NCBI GenBank assembly: GCA_944382925.1
Contig: CALWNX010000025.1
Location: forward strand, 1-51,460
Direction of reading: 5' to 3'
DNA: 51,460 nt
From: an uncultured Clostridia bacterium
Lineage (GTDB): Bacteria > Bacillota > Clostridia > Peptostreptococcales > Anaerovoracaceae
The notes beneath the pieces are model-generated. The model was not told the DNA's origin. It made no database searches and saw nothing but the letters and a program-made list of their open reading frames with translations. The position numbers were made by a program, and so were the translations under genes. Shown here piece after piece: positions 28,529 through 37,084 of this stretch (the first letter of the stretch is position 1; each line of letters opens with the position of its first letter).

Positions 28529-29347
28529 TCAAAGATAAAAACTGTTTTCTGCCCTGTCTGCGTACATCGCTTCGAGCTCCTGCTTGTGATAAAGATAGCC
28601 GGGATCGCTGAAATAGCGGGCGCCGGCCGGGCAGTTTTCTATGCAGGCGTTGCATTTGATGCAGATGCCGCTGCGCTGGCGCGGATCTTCCGCAGCGATC
28701 GAACCCATCGGGCAGACGCGGGCGCAGAGGCCGCAGCCGATGCAGGAAGGCGAAACCTGCGGTACCACCTTGCGGATGTCGATCGGTTCGCCCCGGCGGT
28801 CGCGCGGCTGGTAATAGCCGCCGTATTCCGGGCCCGGTTGACCGGGAACGGACAGCGTTTCTGCTTTGTGCGCGCCGGAAGCGATCTTCTGCGCTGCTTT
28901 GGCCGCAAAGGCTTTTATCTCTGCAAAGTCGGCAGCATCCGGCCTGCCGCAGCCGAGCGTATGAGAAAACGCATGCCGGCAGACGGCCGCGCCGCCGGCG
29001 GCGACAGAAAAACCCCGCGACGCAAGAAGCTCGCAAAGCTCCCGCAGCGCGTTGTCAAAAGCGCGGTTGCCAAAAGTCACGAGCGCGATGGCCGCCGCGC
29101 CGCGGCCTTCGATCGTATGCAGGTATTTGAGCAGCACGTTCGGTACGCGGCCGGCATAGGTCGGCACGCCGAAGACCACGATGTCTTCTTTGCTGACAGG
29201 CGGAAAGCTCTGCCGCGCTGCCGGCAGTGTGAAATCGTAGATGCAAATGTCCGCACCGCCGCCGGCCTCTGCCAGTGCGCCGGCGCAGGCTGCGCACACG
29301 CGGGCGGTATCGCCCAGCGGACTGAAAAATATTTCCCAAATTTTCAT
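28529..29347 (-). CDS. EFR1-type flavodoxin-like / 2x[4Fe-4S] ferredoxin fusion
   Basis: Starts at the ATG at 29347 (MKIWEIFFSPLGDT) with a GGGAGG SD. Flavodoxin-like N-terminus (VVFGVPTYAGRVP) and C-terminal CIGCGLCARVCP and CIKCNACIENCP motifs. Confidence 0.7.
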   Translation of the reverse strand: MKIWEIFFSPLGDTARVCAACAGALAEAGGGADICIYDFTLPAARQSFPPVSKEDIVVFGVPTYAGRVPNVLLKYLHTIEGRGAAAIALVTFGNRAFDNALRELCELLASRGFSVAAGGAAVCRHAFSHTLGCGRPDAADFAEIKAFAAKAAQKIASGAHKAETLSVPGQPGPEYGGYYQPRDRRGEPIDIRKVVPQVSPSCIGCGLCARVCPMGSIAAEDPRQRSGICIKCNACIENCPAGARYFSDPGYLYHKQELEAMYADRAENSFYL

Positions 29348-29436
29348 GATGGCCTCCCTGCAGTCTCTTCGGTTCATGCCTTTTCCGATCATGCCTTTTC
29401 GGCTTTTCACCGCTCTTTTCTAAAAAAGCACTTCTC

Positions 29437-29672
29437 AAGTTGAATTTTGCAGAATTTTTCACCTCTTTTCCGCGAATCGCTGCTTCTGCAAGTTGAAAGT
29501 CAATGCTTTCTTTTCTTTTAGACGTGATTGCGTTGTCAAAGAGAAAAGGAAAGACTCATGTGCAAGGTGATAAAACCACGTTTTCAACTTGGCCGTGCTC
29601 GATACCGCAAGATAGAGGAGAAAAATTCTGCAAAATTCATCTTGGCAAGCGGCATTTTGGGGGTTTGGTGGA
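29437..29672 (+). repeat. family-2 element, 5'-truncated copy G
   Basis: AAGTTGAATTTTGCAGAATTTTTC...GCAAGTTGAAAG aligns at ~75% with 14613-14690 of copy C. An internal inverted copy (GAAAAATTCTGCAAAATTCATCTT) is present. The right end GGGGGTTTGGTGG resembles the TIR. Confidence 0.4.
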
Positions 29673-29680
29673 GAAAGCAA

Positions 29681-29814
29681 GCTTGCCGGCATCCGCAAGC
29701 CGCCGGCAACCCAAGCCGCCGGCATCCTCAAGCCGCCGGCAACCCAAGCCGCCGGCAACCCCAAGCCGCCGGCATCCGCAAGCCGCCGGCATCCCCAAGC
29801 CGCCGGCAGCGCCC
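29681..29814. repeat. GC-rich tandem repeat (GCCGCCGGCAWCCNCAA, 16-17-bp unit, ~8 copies)
   Basis: Contiguous head-to-tail copies ending at the stop codon of the Gx-transporter gene. Confidence 0.9.
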
Positions 29815-30390
29815 TTACACGTTCAGGTGCGGCAGCTTGTCGTAAAGTACGGCCGCGACAATACCGATGAGAATCCCGCTGATGAGCCCGGAAAACAGCA
29901 GCACCGCGAAATACGACATCAGCTTGAAGTTGGACATAATCAGACAGGCGACCAGCAGCTGACCCAGATTGTGAAAAACGCCGCCCGCCATGCTGACGCC
30001 CACCATGCTGAAAAGCCCCGTGCGATAAAGCAGGTACATGACCACGATGCTGAGAACGCCGCCGGCGAACGAATAAATCGCCCCGAACAGGCCGGTGAAC
30101 AAAAGCCCCGTGATGAGGATGCGCACGCAGTTGATGATAAAAGCGTACTTGAAGCCCAGACGGTAGATGGCGATCACGATCACCAGATTGGCAAGCCCCA
30201 GCTTGATGCCCGGAATCGGTACCGGCAGAGGAATCAGCGCCTCAATATACGAAAAGATCATCGCCATCGCCGCCAGAATAGCGCTGAGGGCGAGCCGCTT
30301 GGTGCGCAGAGCATAAGTGCGCGCCTTGGGTTTCGGCGAAGGCATGGACGACGGCCTCTGCGCCGCCGGCTTTTTATCCGGTGATGACAT
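29815..30390 (-). CDS. Gx transporter family protein (Hpre_diP_synt_I-like membrane protein)
   Basis: ~190 aa, polytopic (LSAILAAMAMIFSYIEALIPLPVPIPGIKLGLANLVIV). Sits in the conserved trio with the NusG-II protein and ApbE. Start uncertain (ATG 30390 or GTG 30399). Confidence 0.7.
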   Translation of the reverse strand: MSSPDKKPAAQRPSSMPSPKPKARTYALRTKRLALSAILAAMAMIFSYIEALIPLPVPIPGIKLGLANLVIVIAIYRLGFKYAFIINCVRILITGLLFTGLFGAIYSFAGGVLSIVVMYLLYRTGLFSMVGVSMAGGVFHNLGQLLVACLIMSNFKLMSYFAVLLFSGLISGILIGIVAAVLYDKLPHLNV

Positions 30391-30742
30391 CGACCTCACC
30401 CCCTTCGTCCGAGGTGATTTCCACGATCACCCGGTTGGGCAGACAGACGATAGAATCGTTGGTCTTTGCGATCGGCCGCGTGTTGACGCAGACCTGATTG
30501 GCGCAGTCCGAATAAGTCATTGAAACCACACCGTCTTTTATGGTAATATTATTGGTGTGACCCTGCTGACGGACCTCGATCACACGGTCCTCGGACAGAG
30601 GATAAATGCCGTAGACTTCGTTGTCAACCGTGACCACTACGTTGTCACCCTCGGCGCTGTCGCCCAGAGAAACGACAGAAACGGCCAGTCCTGTTATTAA
30701 GATCACCAGAAAGAGGACAATATCCGCTTTTTTTATCATCAT
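30374..30742 (-). CDS. NusG domain II-containing (DUF1312-like) small membrane-anchored protein
   Basis: ~122 aa. N-terminal TM anchor, then a beta-rich domain (NNITIKDGVVSMTYSDCANQVCV). Start is the ATG at 30742 or 30739; the track uses the TTG at 30751. Confidence 0.65.
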   Translation of the reverse strand: MMIKKADIVLFLVILITGLAVSVVSLGDSAEGDNVVVTVDNEVYGIYPLSEDRVIEVRQQGHTNNITIKDGVVSMTYSDCANQVCVNTRPIAKTNDSIVCLPNRVIVEITSDEGGEVDVITG

Positions 30743-30764
30743 AAGCTCCAAAGGTAATTAAGAT

Positions 30765-31868
30765 ATGAAAAAACTCACAAGAGCAATAATTCTCAGCTTT
30801 ATCCTTGCACTGCTTATTATACCACAGGCGGGCTGCAATGCCCAAGCCCCAAAAAACTATCAGGGGATTTCCAAGACCAGCTTTCACCTGGACACGGTCT
30901 GCACGATCACCGTCTATTCCCTAAAAGACGGGACGCTTGAGGCGTCTGGCAGCCAGGAACAGGAGCAGGAAGTGCTGCAGCTGATCACCGAAGCCTTCAA
31001 GCTGTGCGACGATTATGAAAAACAATTGAGCAGAACCATCGAGGGCAGCGATATTTACAGAATCAACCACGCCGGCGGCCAGTGGGTGGAGGTGGAAGAG
31101 GACACCATCGAGGTGCTCGAAAAGGGTCTCCGCTACGGCGAGCTTTCCGGCGGTCGCTTTGATATTACGATCGGCGACGTCTCCGCCCTGTGGGACTTTC
31201 ACGAGGAAGACGAGGAAGGGCAGCGGACAGGCACGTTGCCGGACGAGCAGCAGCTGGCCGAGGCCGTGACCCACGTCGACTACCGCAACATCGAGATCGA
31301 CGGCCGGCGCGTCAGACTCAAGGATCCTGCCGCCACTATCGATCTGGGAGGCATCGCCAAGGGCTATATTGCCGACCGCACGGCTGAATTTCTGCAGGAA
31401 AAGGGCGTCACCAGCGCCATCGTCGACCTGGGCGGCAACATCGTCATCATCGGGCAGAAAGGAACTTCTCTGCAGGACGGCGCCGGAAGCGACTTTTCCA
31501 TCGGCATCGCCTCGCCTGTCTCCGGCCGCGGCGAGCTGCTGGGAGCGGTAACCTGCAGCGACAAGACCGTCGTCACTTCCGGCACTTATGAAAGATATTT
31601 TGAGATCGACGGCGTGCGCTATCACCACGTGCTGGACCCGGAAAACGGCTACCCGTTCGCCACGGATCTGCTGGCGGTCACGGTCATCGGCGAGCGCGGC
31701 ATGTCGGCTGACTGCGACGGCCTCAGCACGACCTGTCTGGCTTTGGGCAGCGAAGAGGCTGCCGCTCTGATCAGGGAGCTGGCTGAGACGGAAGACATCG
31801 GCGCGGTGCTGGTCGATGAAGACGGCGAGGTTACGGTCATCAACGTAGACGGCTATACGGAAGCTTGA
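30765..31868 (+). CDS. apbE: FAD:protein FMN transferase (ApbE family) lipoprotein
   Basis: 367 aa. Lipobox-like LIIPQAGC. ApbE motifs (FDITIGD, IDLGGIAKGY, SGTYERYF...HHVLDP). Confidence 0.9.
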   Translation: MKKLTRAIILSFILALLIIPQAGCNAQAPKNYQGISKTSFHLDTVCTITVYSLKDGTLEASGSQEQEQEVLQLITEAFKLCDDYEKQLSRTIEGSDIYRINHAGGQWVEVEEDTIEVLEKGLRYGELSGGRFDITIGDVSALWDFHEEDEEGQRTGTLPDEQQLAEAVTHVDYRNIEIDGRRVRLKDPAATIDLGGIAKGYIADRTAEFLQEKGVTSAIVDLGGNIVIIGQKGTSLQDGAGSDFSIGIASPVSGRGELLGAVTCSDKTVVTSGTYERYFEIDGVRYHHVLDPENGYPFATDLLAVTVIGERGMSADCDGLSTTCLALGSEEAAALIRELAETEDIGAVLVDEDGEVTVINVDGYTEA

Positions 31869-31926
31869 CCGCCGCTGCGAAGGCCGGATCGCCGCGACTC
31901 CCTCTAAACAGGCAAGATCAGGCCTG

Positions 31927-32157
31927 CAAGGGAAGAGAGGACAAAATTTTCTCCTCTAACTGACGGCAATGATCCGTGCAAGGGAATTTTCTGGCTTTTC
32001 TGCCTGTCAAGCAGCCAAAAAACAGGCCGATTCCTGCCATAAAGAAGCTCTGCAAGCCATGTTTTATTCTTGAGCGCCGATATAAAAGGCATTAGAGAAT
32101 AAAATTTTGTCCTCTCTTCCCTTGGAGCGGTGAGTTTGATTAAAAAGAGGGGAAATT
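31927..32157 (+). repeat. family-1 intergenic element, copy H, with 33-bp terminal inverted repeats
   Basis: CAAGGGAAGAGAGGACAAAATTTTCTCCTCTAA (31927-59) versus TTAGAGAATAAAATTTTGTCCTCTCTTCCCTTG (32092-124): 31/33 complementary, 132-bp spacer. Confidence 0.65.
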
Positions 32158-32181
32158 CGCGCGCCGCTTCCATCCAGAACC

Positions 32182-33567
32182 TCACGCGCGCCAGAGCGAA
32201 AGCAGCGCGCGGATAGTATCTGTCAGCTTTGCGAGCGGCACAGAGTTATAATAGAAGATGAGGGCGCTGCTCTCCTGATCGGAAATATCCGCGACGGGAG
32301 CCATGTGTACGCCGACGGACTTTGCCAGGGCGCAGAGCTCGTCGGCTCTTTTTTTGCTGCGCACGCGCAGGATGAGGTTGATGCCGGATCTGGTGTCCAC
32401 GGGACGGACCAGCTCGCGGCCATAAGCGTCAAAGGCCGCCAGCGCCGTCTGCAGCTTCTGCGCATAGAGCTTGCGCAGGCGACGAAGCCCCGTATAGTAA
32501 TAGCCCCTTTCCATAAAAAGCGCCAACGTCAGCTGCTCCGCCTTGGAACAAGTCTGGCTGTAGCGTCCCCTGATCTGCGCGAAGACTTGGGCCAGCGCGG
32601 GCGGCAGCACCATGTAGGAAATTTTGATGGCCGCAAAGAGAGTCGACGAGAAGGAACCCAGATAGACCACCAGCCCGGCGCGGTCCAGGCTTTGCAGTGC
32701 CGGCAGCGGTTTGCTGAAATAGCGCAGCTCGCTGTCGTAGTCGTCTTCGATGATCACGCTTTTGTTTTCGGCCGCCCAGGCCAGCAGCCGGTAGCGAGCC
32801 GCGGCCGGCATGACCGCTCCGGTCGGGAACTGGTTGGAAGGGCTGACGTAGACGGCGGAAGAAATGTTGACCGGCAGACGCGAAATATCGATGCCGTCGC
32901 TGTGGACGGGGATGTGCGAGATGGCAAAGCCGCTGTCGCGGAACATGTTCTGCACCGGCAGGTAGCCGGGGCTTTCCAGGGAAACGTGATTGATGTCAAG
33001 GCGGGCGAGGATGCGGCAGAGCTGCGCCGTGATCTGCTGCGTGCCGGCGCCGATGACGATCTGCTCGGGACTGGCCGTCACTCCGCGCGAGGAATAAAGA
33101 TACCTGGCTATCTCTCTGCGCAGCGGCAGCTCGCCCTGTGGGTCGCTTTCGCAGAGCAGCTGCTCGTAATGCTCGTTGAAGACGGCGGCGCTGCATTTCT
33201 TCCATTTGTTGAAATCGAAGCAGCAGCTGTCGTAAAGATAAGACGGCGCTTCGGCACGGGCTTGCGCATCACCGGCATACGCCCGGCCGCGGGCGTCCCC
33301 GCTTTCTGCGGCAGGCTGAAAAGCCGCCGCCACATAGTAGCCGGACTGCGGGCGGCTGGCGATGTATCCCTCCACCAGCAGCTGGTTGTATGCCTGCTGC
33401 ACGGTGGTGACGCTCAGAGCAAGATCGCGGGCCAGGGCGCGCAGCGAAGGAAGCTTTTCGCCGGCAGCCAGCGAACCGGCGGTGATGCGCTGCTTGATGC
33501 GTTCATATAACTGTATATACAGAGGAATGGATAAACTGTGATCTAATTCGATAATTATCGGCTTCAT
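32182..33567 (-). CDS. MocR/PdxR-type GntR-family regulator with aminotransferase-like domain
   Basis: Starts at MKPIIIELDHS (ATG 33567, AAAGGGGAA SD). Winged HTH (LPSLRALARDLALSVTTVQQAYNQLLVEGYI) plus a ~350-aa fold-I PLP domain. Confidence 0.9.
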   Translation of the reverse strand: MKPIIIELDHSLSIPLYIQLYERIKQRITAGSLAAGEKLPSLRALARDLALSVTTVQQAYNQLLVEGYIASRPQSGYYVAAAFQPAAESGDARGRAYAGDAQARAEAPSYLYDSCCFDFNKWKKCSAAVFNEHYEQLLCESDPQGELPLRREIARYLYSSRGVTASPEQIVIGAGTQQITAQLCRILARLDINHVSLESPGYLPVQNMFRDSGFAISHIPVHSDGIDISRLPVNISSAVYVSPSNQFPTGAVMPAAARYRLLAWAAENKSVIIEDDYDSELRYFSKPLPALQSLDRAGLVVYLGSFSSTLFAAIKISYMVLPPALAQVFAQIRGRYSQTCSKAEQLTLALFMERGYYYTGLRRLRKLYAQKLQTALAAFDAYGRELVRPVDTRSGINLILRVRSKKRADELCALAKSVGVHMAPVADISDQESSALIFYYNSVPLAKLTDTIRALLSLWRA

Positions 33568-33683
33568 AAGCTGTTCCCCTTTAAACTGTATATGTAAAAA
33601 TAAATAATTTTGCATATTTTAATAATAACATTATGGGTGTATTATAATACAGTAAAAAAATTATTGCAAGCGAGGACATGACA

Positions 33684-34268
33684 ATGAATGACAGCAAGAG
33701 AAAAATGAACGGAAACGACAGGACCGGAATTCTGGTGATGACGGCGCTGATGATCTGCCTGGTGATGGTCGCCACCCTGAGCATCAGGATTCCCAGTCCG
33801 TTTACGCAAGGATACGTACATCTGGGAGACACGATGGTGTTCCTCTCGGTGCTGCTTTTAGGCAGAAATCGCGGCGCGCTGGCAGCCGGCCTCGGCTCGG
33901 GTCTGGCTGACGTGGTCGGCGGCTATGTGGCCTACGCGCCCTTTACTCTTGTGATCAAGGGGCTGATGGGCTTCATCATGGGCGCCTTCATCGCCGCCTG
34001 CCTCAAAAAACAAAAGCACCACGCCAGGATCGGCTCGGTGCCTGTAATAGAGATAATCGGCATGGTGCTGGCCGGGATCGAGATGGTCATCGGCTACGCG
34101 CTGGTCGACGGAATGCTGGCCGGAAACCTCATCACCGGCTTTCTGGGCGCGCCTTTTAACGTCGGCCAGTTCGTGGTGGGGCTGATTCTGGCCACGCTGC
34201 TGGCGATGGCGCTGTATAAGACGCCGGCCAGAAAATACTTCGTCTATCGCCTCGACGAAATCAAATAA
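33684..34268 (+). CDS. ECF transporter S component (vitamin-type substrate-capture subunit)
   Basis: ~194 aa with 5-6 TM helices (GYVHLGDTMVFLSVLLLG, GSGLADVVGG). Divergent from the MocR regulator. The ATG at 33684 has better SD spacing than 33678. Confidence 0.7.
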   Translation: MNDSKRKMNGNDRTGILVMTALMICLVMVATLSIRIPSPFTQGYVHLGDTMVFLSVLLLGRNRGALAAGLGSGLADVVGGYVAYAPFTLVIKGLMGFIMGAFIAACLKKQKHHARIGSVPVIEIIGMVLAGIEMVIGYALVDGMLAGNLITGFLGAPFNVGQFVVGLILATLLAMALYKTPARKYFVYRLDEIK

Positions 34269-34280
34269 GCGGGTCGCTGA

Positions 34281-35423
34281 TCAGACCAGGCCGTACTTTA
34301 CCAGAAATCTGGCCGCGGCCAGCTGCTGCGAAAACAGGCGCACGAGGCTGCGGCTGAGGAAAAGACTGCCCGCGCCTTTTTCCTTCAGATTGTCGGCGAT
34401 GAGAAAGCAGATGATCTGCGCGTTGGAAAGCTCCCGCAGCCGCCTGATGAGACCGGCGGTGCCGGGGATATTTAAAGGATCGCGCTTGAAGCCTGCGATC
34501 GTACCCTCAAGCTGCTTGCGGGCCGGCAGACAGACGGCGGCAAGCTTTTCCAGAAACAGCTCCCTGGTGTAGATCAGCGCCGGATCGAGGCCGAAGACAT
34601 AAGCAGCGGCGTCAGCCAGCTTTACGTCGGCCTTGCCGAAAGCGCCGGCGGCAAAGGTATAGTAGCTGCCGGAAAAGATGCCCAGCGCTTTCATCGCTTC
34701 CAGATAACCAAGGCGCATGATGCGTTTTGAATTGTGTACATCAAAGATAAGCGTGCTCCCCAGCTCCCACTTTGACTCGACAACGGTCAGGTTTGGAGCT
34801 TCTTTGAGCGGCTGACTGTTCAGGATGCCAAGAGCGTTGAGCTTGACGGCGATCACGCGTCCGGCGCCTTTTGCCAGCGCCATACCGACCGGCAGCACAT
34901 CGGCGTAGCCGCCGTCGATATAGTCGCGCCCGTCTATTTCATAGGCGTGCAGAGCCGGAAACACCGAGGAGCTGGCCATGATGTAGTCGATCAGGCGGCC
35001 GCGCGGAATATCCTCGCGAAAGAGGCGGTGCGGCTTAAGCCCCAGCTTTTCCACCACCACCAGACCGTACTCGATCGGTGAACGGCGCACCCTGTCCTCG
35101 TCGATATATTTTTCCAGCAGCTTCTTGAGCCCGCCGGCGCTCACGCCGCCCCGCAGGATCACTTCCCGCGCGTAATCAAGCGGCTGACCGCCCTCCGGCA
35201 CGTCAAAGACCATGTGCGTCTCGATTTCCCGCCACAACGCGATGGTGGCCTCAAGATCCCCCTGGCAGACCATGGCGCCGTTGATCGCCCCTACGGACGC
35301 GCCGGTGACGATGTCGATGCCGGTTCCCGTTTCTGCCAGCGCCTGCCAGACGCCGGCCTCATAAGCCCCGCGGGAACCGCCGCCGCTGAGAACGAGGGCG
35401 GTCTTTTTGTGTTCATATGCCAT
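34281..35423 (-). CDS. patatin-like phospholipase family protein
   Basis: Starts at MAYEHKKTALVLSGGGSRGAYEAGVWQAL (oxyanion GGGxRG), with GASVGAING (GxSxG) and a DGG motif. AAAGGAG SD. Confidence 0.85.
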   Translation of the reverse strand: MAYEHKKTALVLSGGGSRGAYEAGVWQALAETGTGIDIVTGASVGAINGAMVCQGDLEATIALWREIETHMVFDVPEGGQPLDYAREVILRGGVSAGGLKKLLEKYIDEDRVRRSPIEYGLVVVEKLGLKPHRLFREDIPRGRLIDYIMASSSVFPALHAYEIDGRDYIDGGYADVLPVGMALAKGAGRVIAVKLNALGILNSQPLKEAPNLTVVESKWELGSTLIFDVHNSKRIMRLGYLEAMKALGIFSGSYYTFAAGAFGKADVKLADAAAYVFGLDPALIYTRELFLEKLAAVCLPARKQLEGTIAGFKRDPLNIPGTAGLIRRLRELSNAQIICFLIADNLKEKGAGSLFLSRSLVRLFSQQLAAARFLVKYGLV

Positions 35424-35559
35424 GATGCGCTCCTTTCTCTTACTATTTAATATATCCAAAAGGCTACCAAAAATCTACTGAAAATGTTATAATATACATG
35501 CCGTCGCGCGGCCGCCCAAAAGAGGCGCGGCCAAAAGAGGCGGCAGAAAGAAGGAGTTT

Positions 35560-36291
35560 ATGGATAGGAGATTGCAGGACATCCTCAAAAAATCAAGCTC
35601 GGTCGTGTTTTTCGGCGGCGCCGGAGTTTCCACCGAAAGCGGTATTCCTGATTTCCGCTCGGAAAAGGGGCTCTACAAGGCCCGGCAGGAATACGGCTAC
35701 CCGCCGGAGGAGATCCTTTCGCGGACTTTTTTTGACCGCCACACGGAAATATTTTTTGATTACTATAAAAAGAACCTGATCTATCTGAACGCCCAGCCCA
35801 ACAAGGCGCACAGAGCGCTGGCGATGCTGGAGAAAAACGGCCTGCTCAAGGCGGTCATCACGCAGAACATCGACGGTCTGCATCAGAAAGCGGGCAGCCG
35901 CAAGGTCTACGAGCTGCACGGCAGCGTCCTGCGCAACTACTGCATGGACTGCGGCAAGTTTTATGACACCGCCTATATCATGGATGAGGCTAACTGCCGC
36001 GGCGGCATACCGCGCTGCCGGGAGTGCGGCGGCATCGTCAAGCCGGACGTGGTGCTCTACGAGGAAAGCCTCGACACTTCCTGCCTGACGGGGGCGGTAG
36101 AAGCGATCGAAAGAGCCGAAACGCTGATCATCGGCGGCACCTCGCTGGCCGTTTATCCGGCGGCAGGTTTGATAAGCTATTTTCGCGGGAATAATTTAGT
36201 GTTGATAAATAAAGAGCCGACGCCTTACGACAGCAGGGCGGATCTGGTGATAAACGACTACATAGGAAAGGTTATGGAAATAAACGAATGA
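35560..36291 (+). CDS. cobB: NAD-dependent protein deacylase (Sir2/CobB family)
   Basis: 243 aa. GAGVSTESGIPDFRS, QNIDGLH, and a Zn ribbon (CMDCG...CRECGG). Confidence 0.9.
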   Translation: MDRRLQDILKKSSSVVFFGGAGVSTESGIPDFRSEKGLYKARQEYGYPPEEILSRTFFDRHTEIFFDYYKKNLIYLNAQPNKAHRALAMLEKNGLLKAVITQNIDGLHQKAGSRKVYELHGSVLRNYCMDCGKFYDTAYIMDEANCRGGIPRCRECGGIVKPDVVLYEESLDTSCLTGAVEAIERAETLIIGGTSLAVYPAAGLISYFRGNNLVLINKEPTPYDSRADLVINDYIGKVMEINE

Positions 36292-37052
36292 ATATTTTAG
36301 TAGCAAACGACGACGGCATCAAGGCCCGCGGCCTGGCGGAGCTGGTCAGGGCTCTTGCCGGCGCCGGCAATGTTTACGTGGCTGCGCCCGATTCGCAGCG
36401 CAGTGCCAGCAGCCATGCGCTCAGCGTCAACGATGAACTCACGATGACAAAGGTGGATTTTGCCGGGGCGGCCATGGCCTTCAAGGTGAGCGGCACGCCG
36501 GCGGACTGCGTCAAGCTGGCGCTTTATGTGCTGCGCAAAAAGGGCATCGACATCGATGTCGTCTACTCCGGCATCAACCACGGCGGCAACCTCGGCACCG
36601 ATACCATGTATTCTGGTACTGTATCGGCGGCGGCCGAGGGGCTTTTCAACGGACTGCCGGCCGTAGCCGTTTCCGTCAACGACCACCAGGCTGCGTACTT
36701 TGAAACCGCCTGCCGCCTGGCGCTTTCCGTGCTGCCGCACGTGCTGCAGGATAAGGCCAGACTGGGCGTGGTGAGCATCAACACGCCGAACCTGCCGCCA
36801 GAGCAGATTCGCGGCGTAAAGACAGCCGTGCTCGGCCCGGTCAAGTATCACGAATGGTTCAACGTGGTCAGAGACGAGGGCGAGAAGGTCACCTACAGCT
36901 ATTCCGGCACGCCGAAAAACATGGACTGCTGGAGCGCGGAGACGGACGCGCGCCTCGTGCGCGAGGGCTATGCGACGATCTCTTCCGTCAAGTACGATCA
37001 GAGCGACGCAGAAGGAAACGCCGTCATTGAAAAGTGGGAGCTGGAGCTCTAG
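36288..37052 (+). CDS. surE: 5'/3'-nucleotidase SurE
   Basis: 254 aa. MNILVANDDGI N-terminus and SGINHGGNLGTDTMYSGTVSAA. Start overlaps the cobB stop (ATGA). Confidence 0.9.
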   Translation: MNILVANDDGIKARGLAELVRALAGAGNVYVAAPDSQRSASSHALSVNDELTMTKVDFAGAAMAFKVSGTPADCVKLALYVLRKKGIDIDVVYSGINHGGNLGTDTMYSGTVSAAAEGLFNGLPAVAVSVNDHQAAYFETACRLALSVLPHVLQDKARLGVVSINTPNLPPEQIRGVKTAVLGPVKYHEWFNVVRDEGEKVTYSYSGTPKNMDCWSAETDARLVREGYATISSVKYDQSDAEGNAVIEKWELEL

Positions 37053-37084
37053 GCCGCGGCAGATTTTCAACAGAGGAGGTAAAA

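Noticed and set aside
29681-29814. Regular short repeats here, and at 7176-7259, might suggest a CRISPR array.
   Set aside because: The units are only 16-17 bp long and directly abut one another with no spacers. No cas genes or leader are present.
34281-36291. A patatin-like phospholipase lies divergent from a SIR2-family protein. Both domains are frequent effectors in anti-phage systems.
   Set aside because: The SIR2 protein is a compact 243-aa CobB-type deacylase with the canonical Zn ribbon. It is translationally overlapped with surE and followed by housekeeping-type genes. The patatin protein is a stand-alone RssA/YlbK-like form. No sensor, cyclase, TIR, Argonaute or other partner is present.
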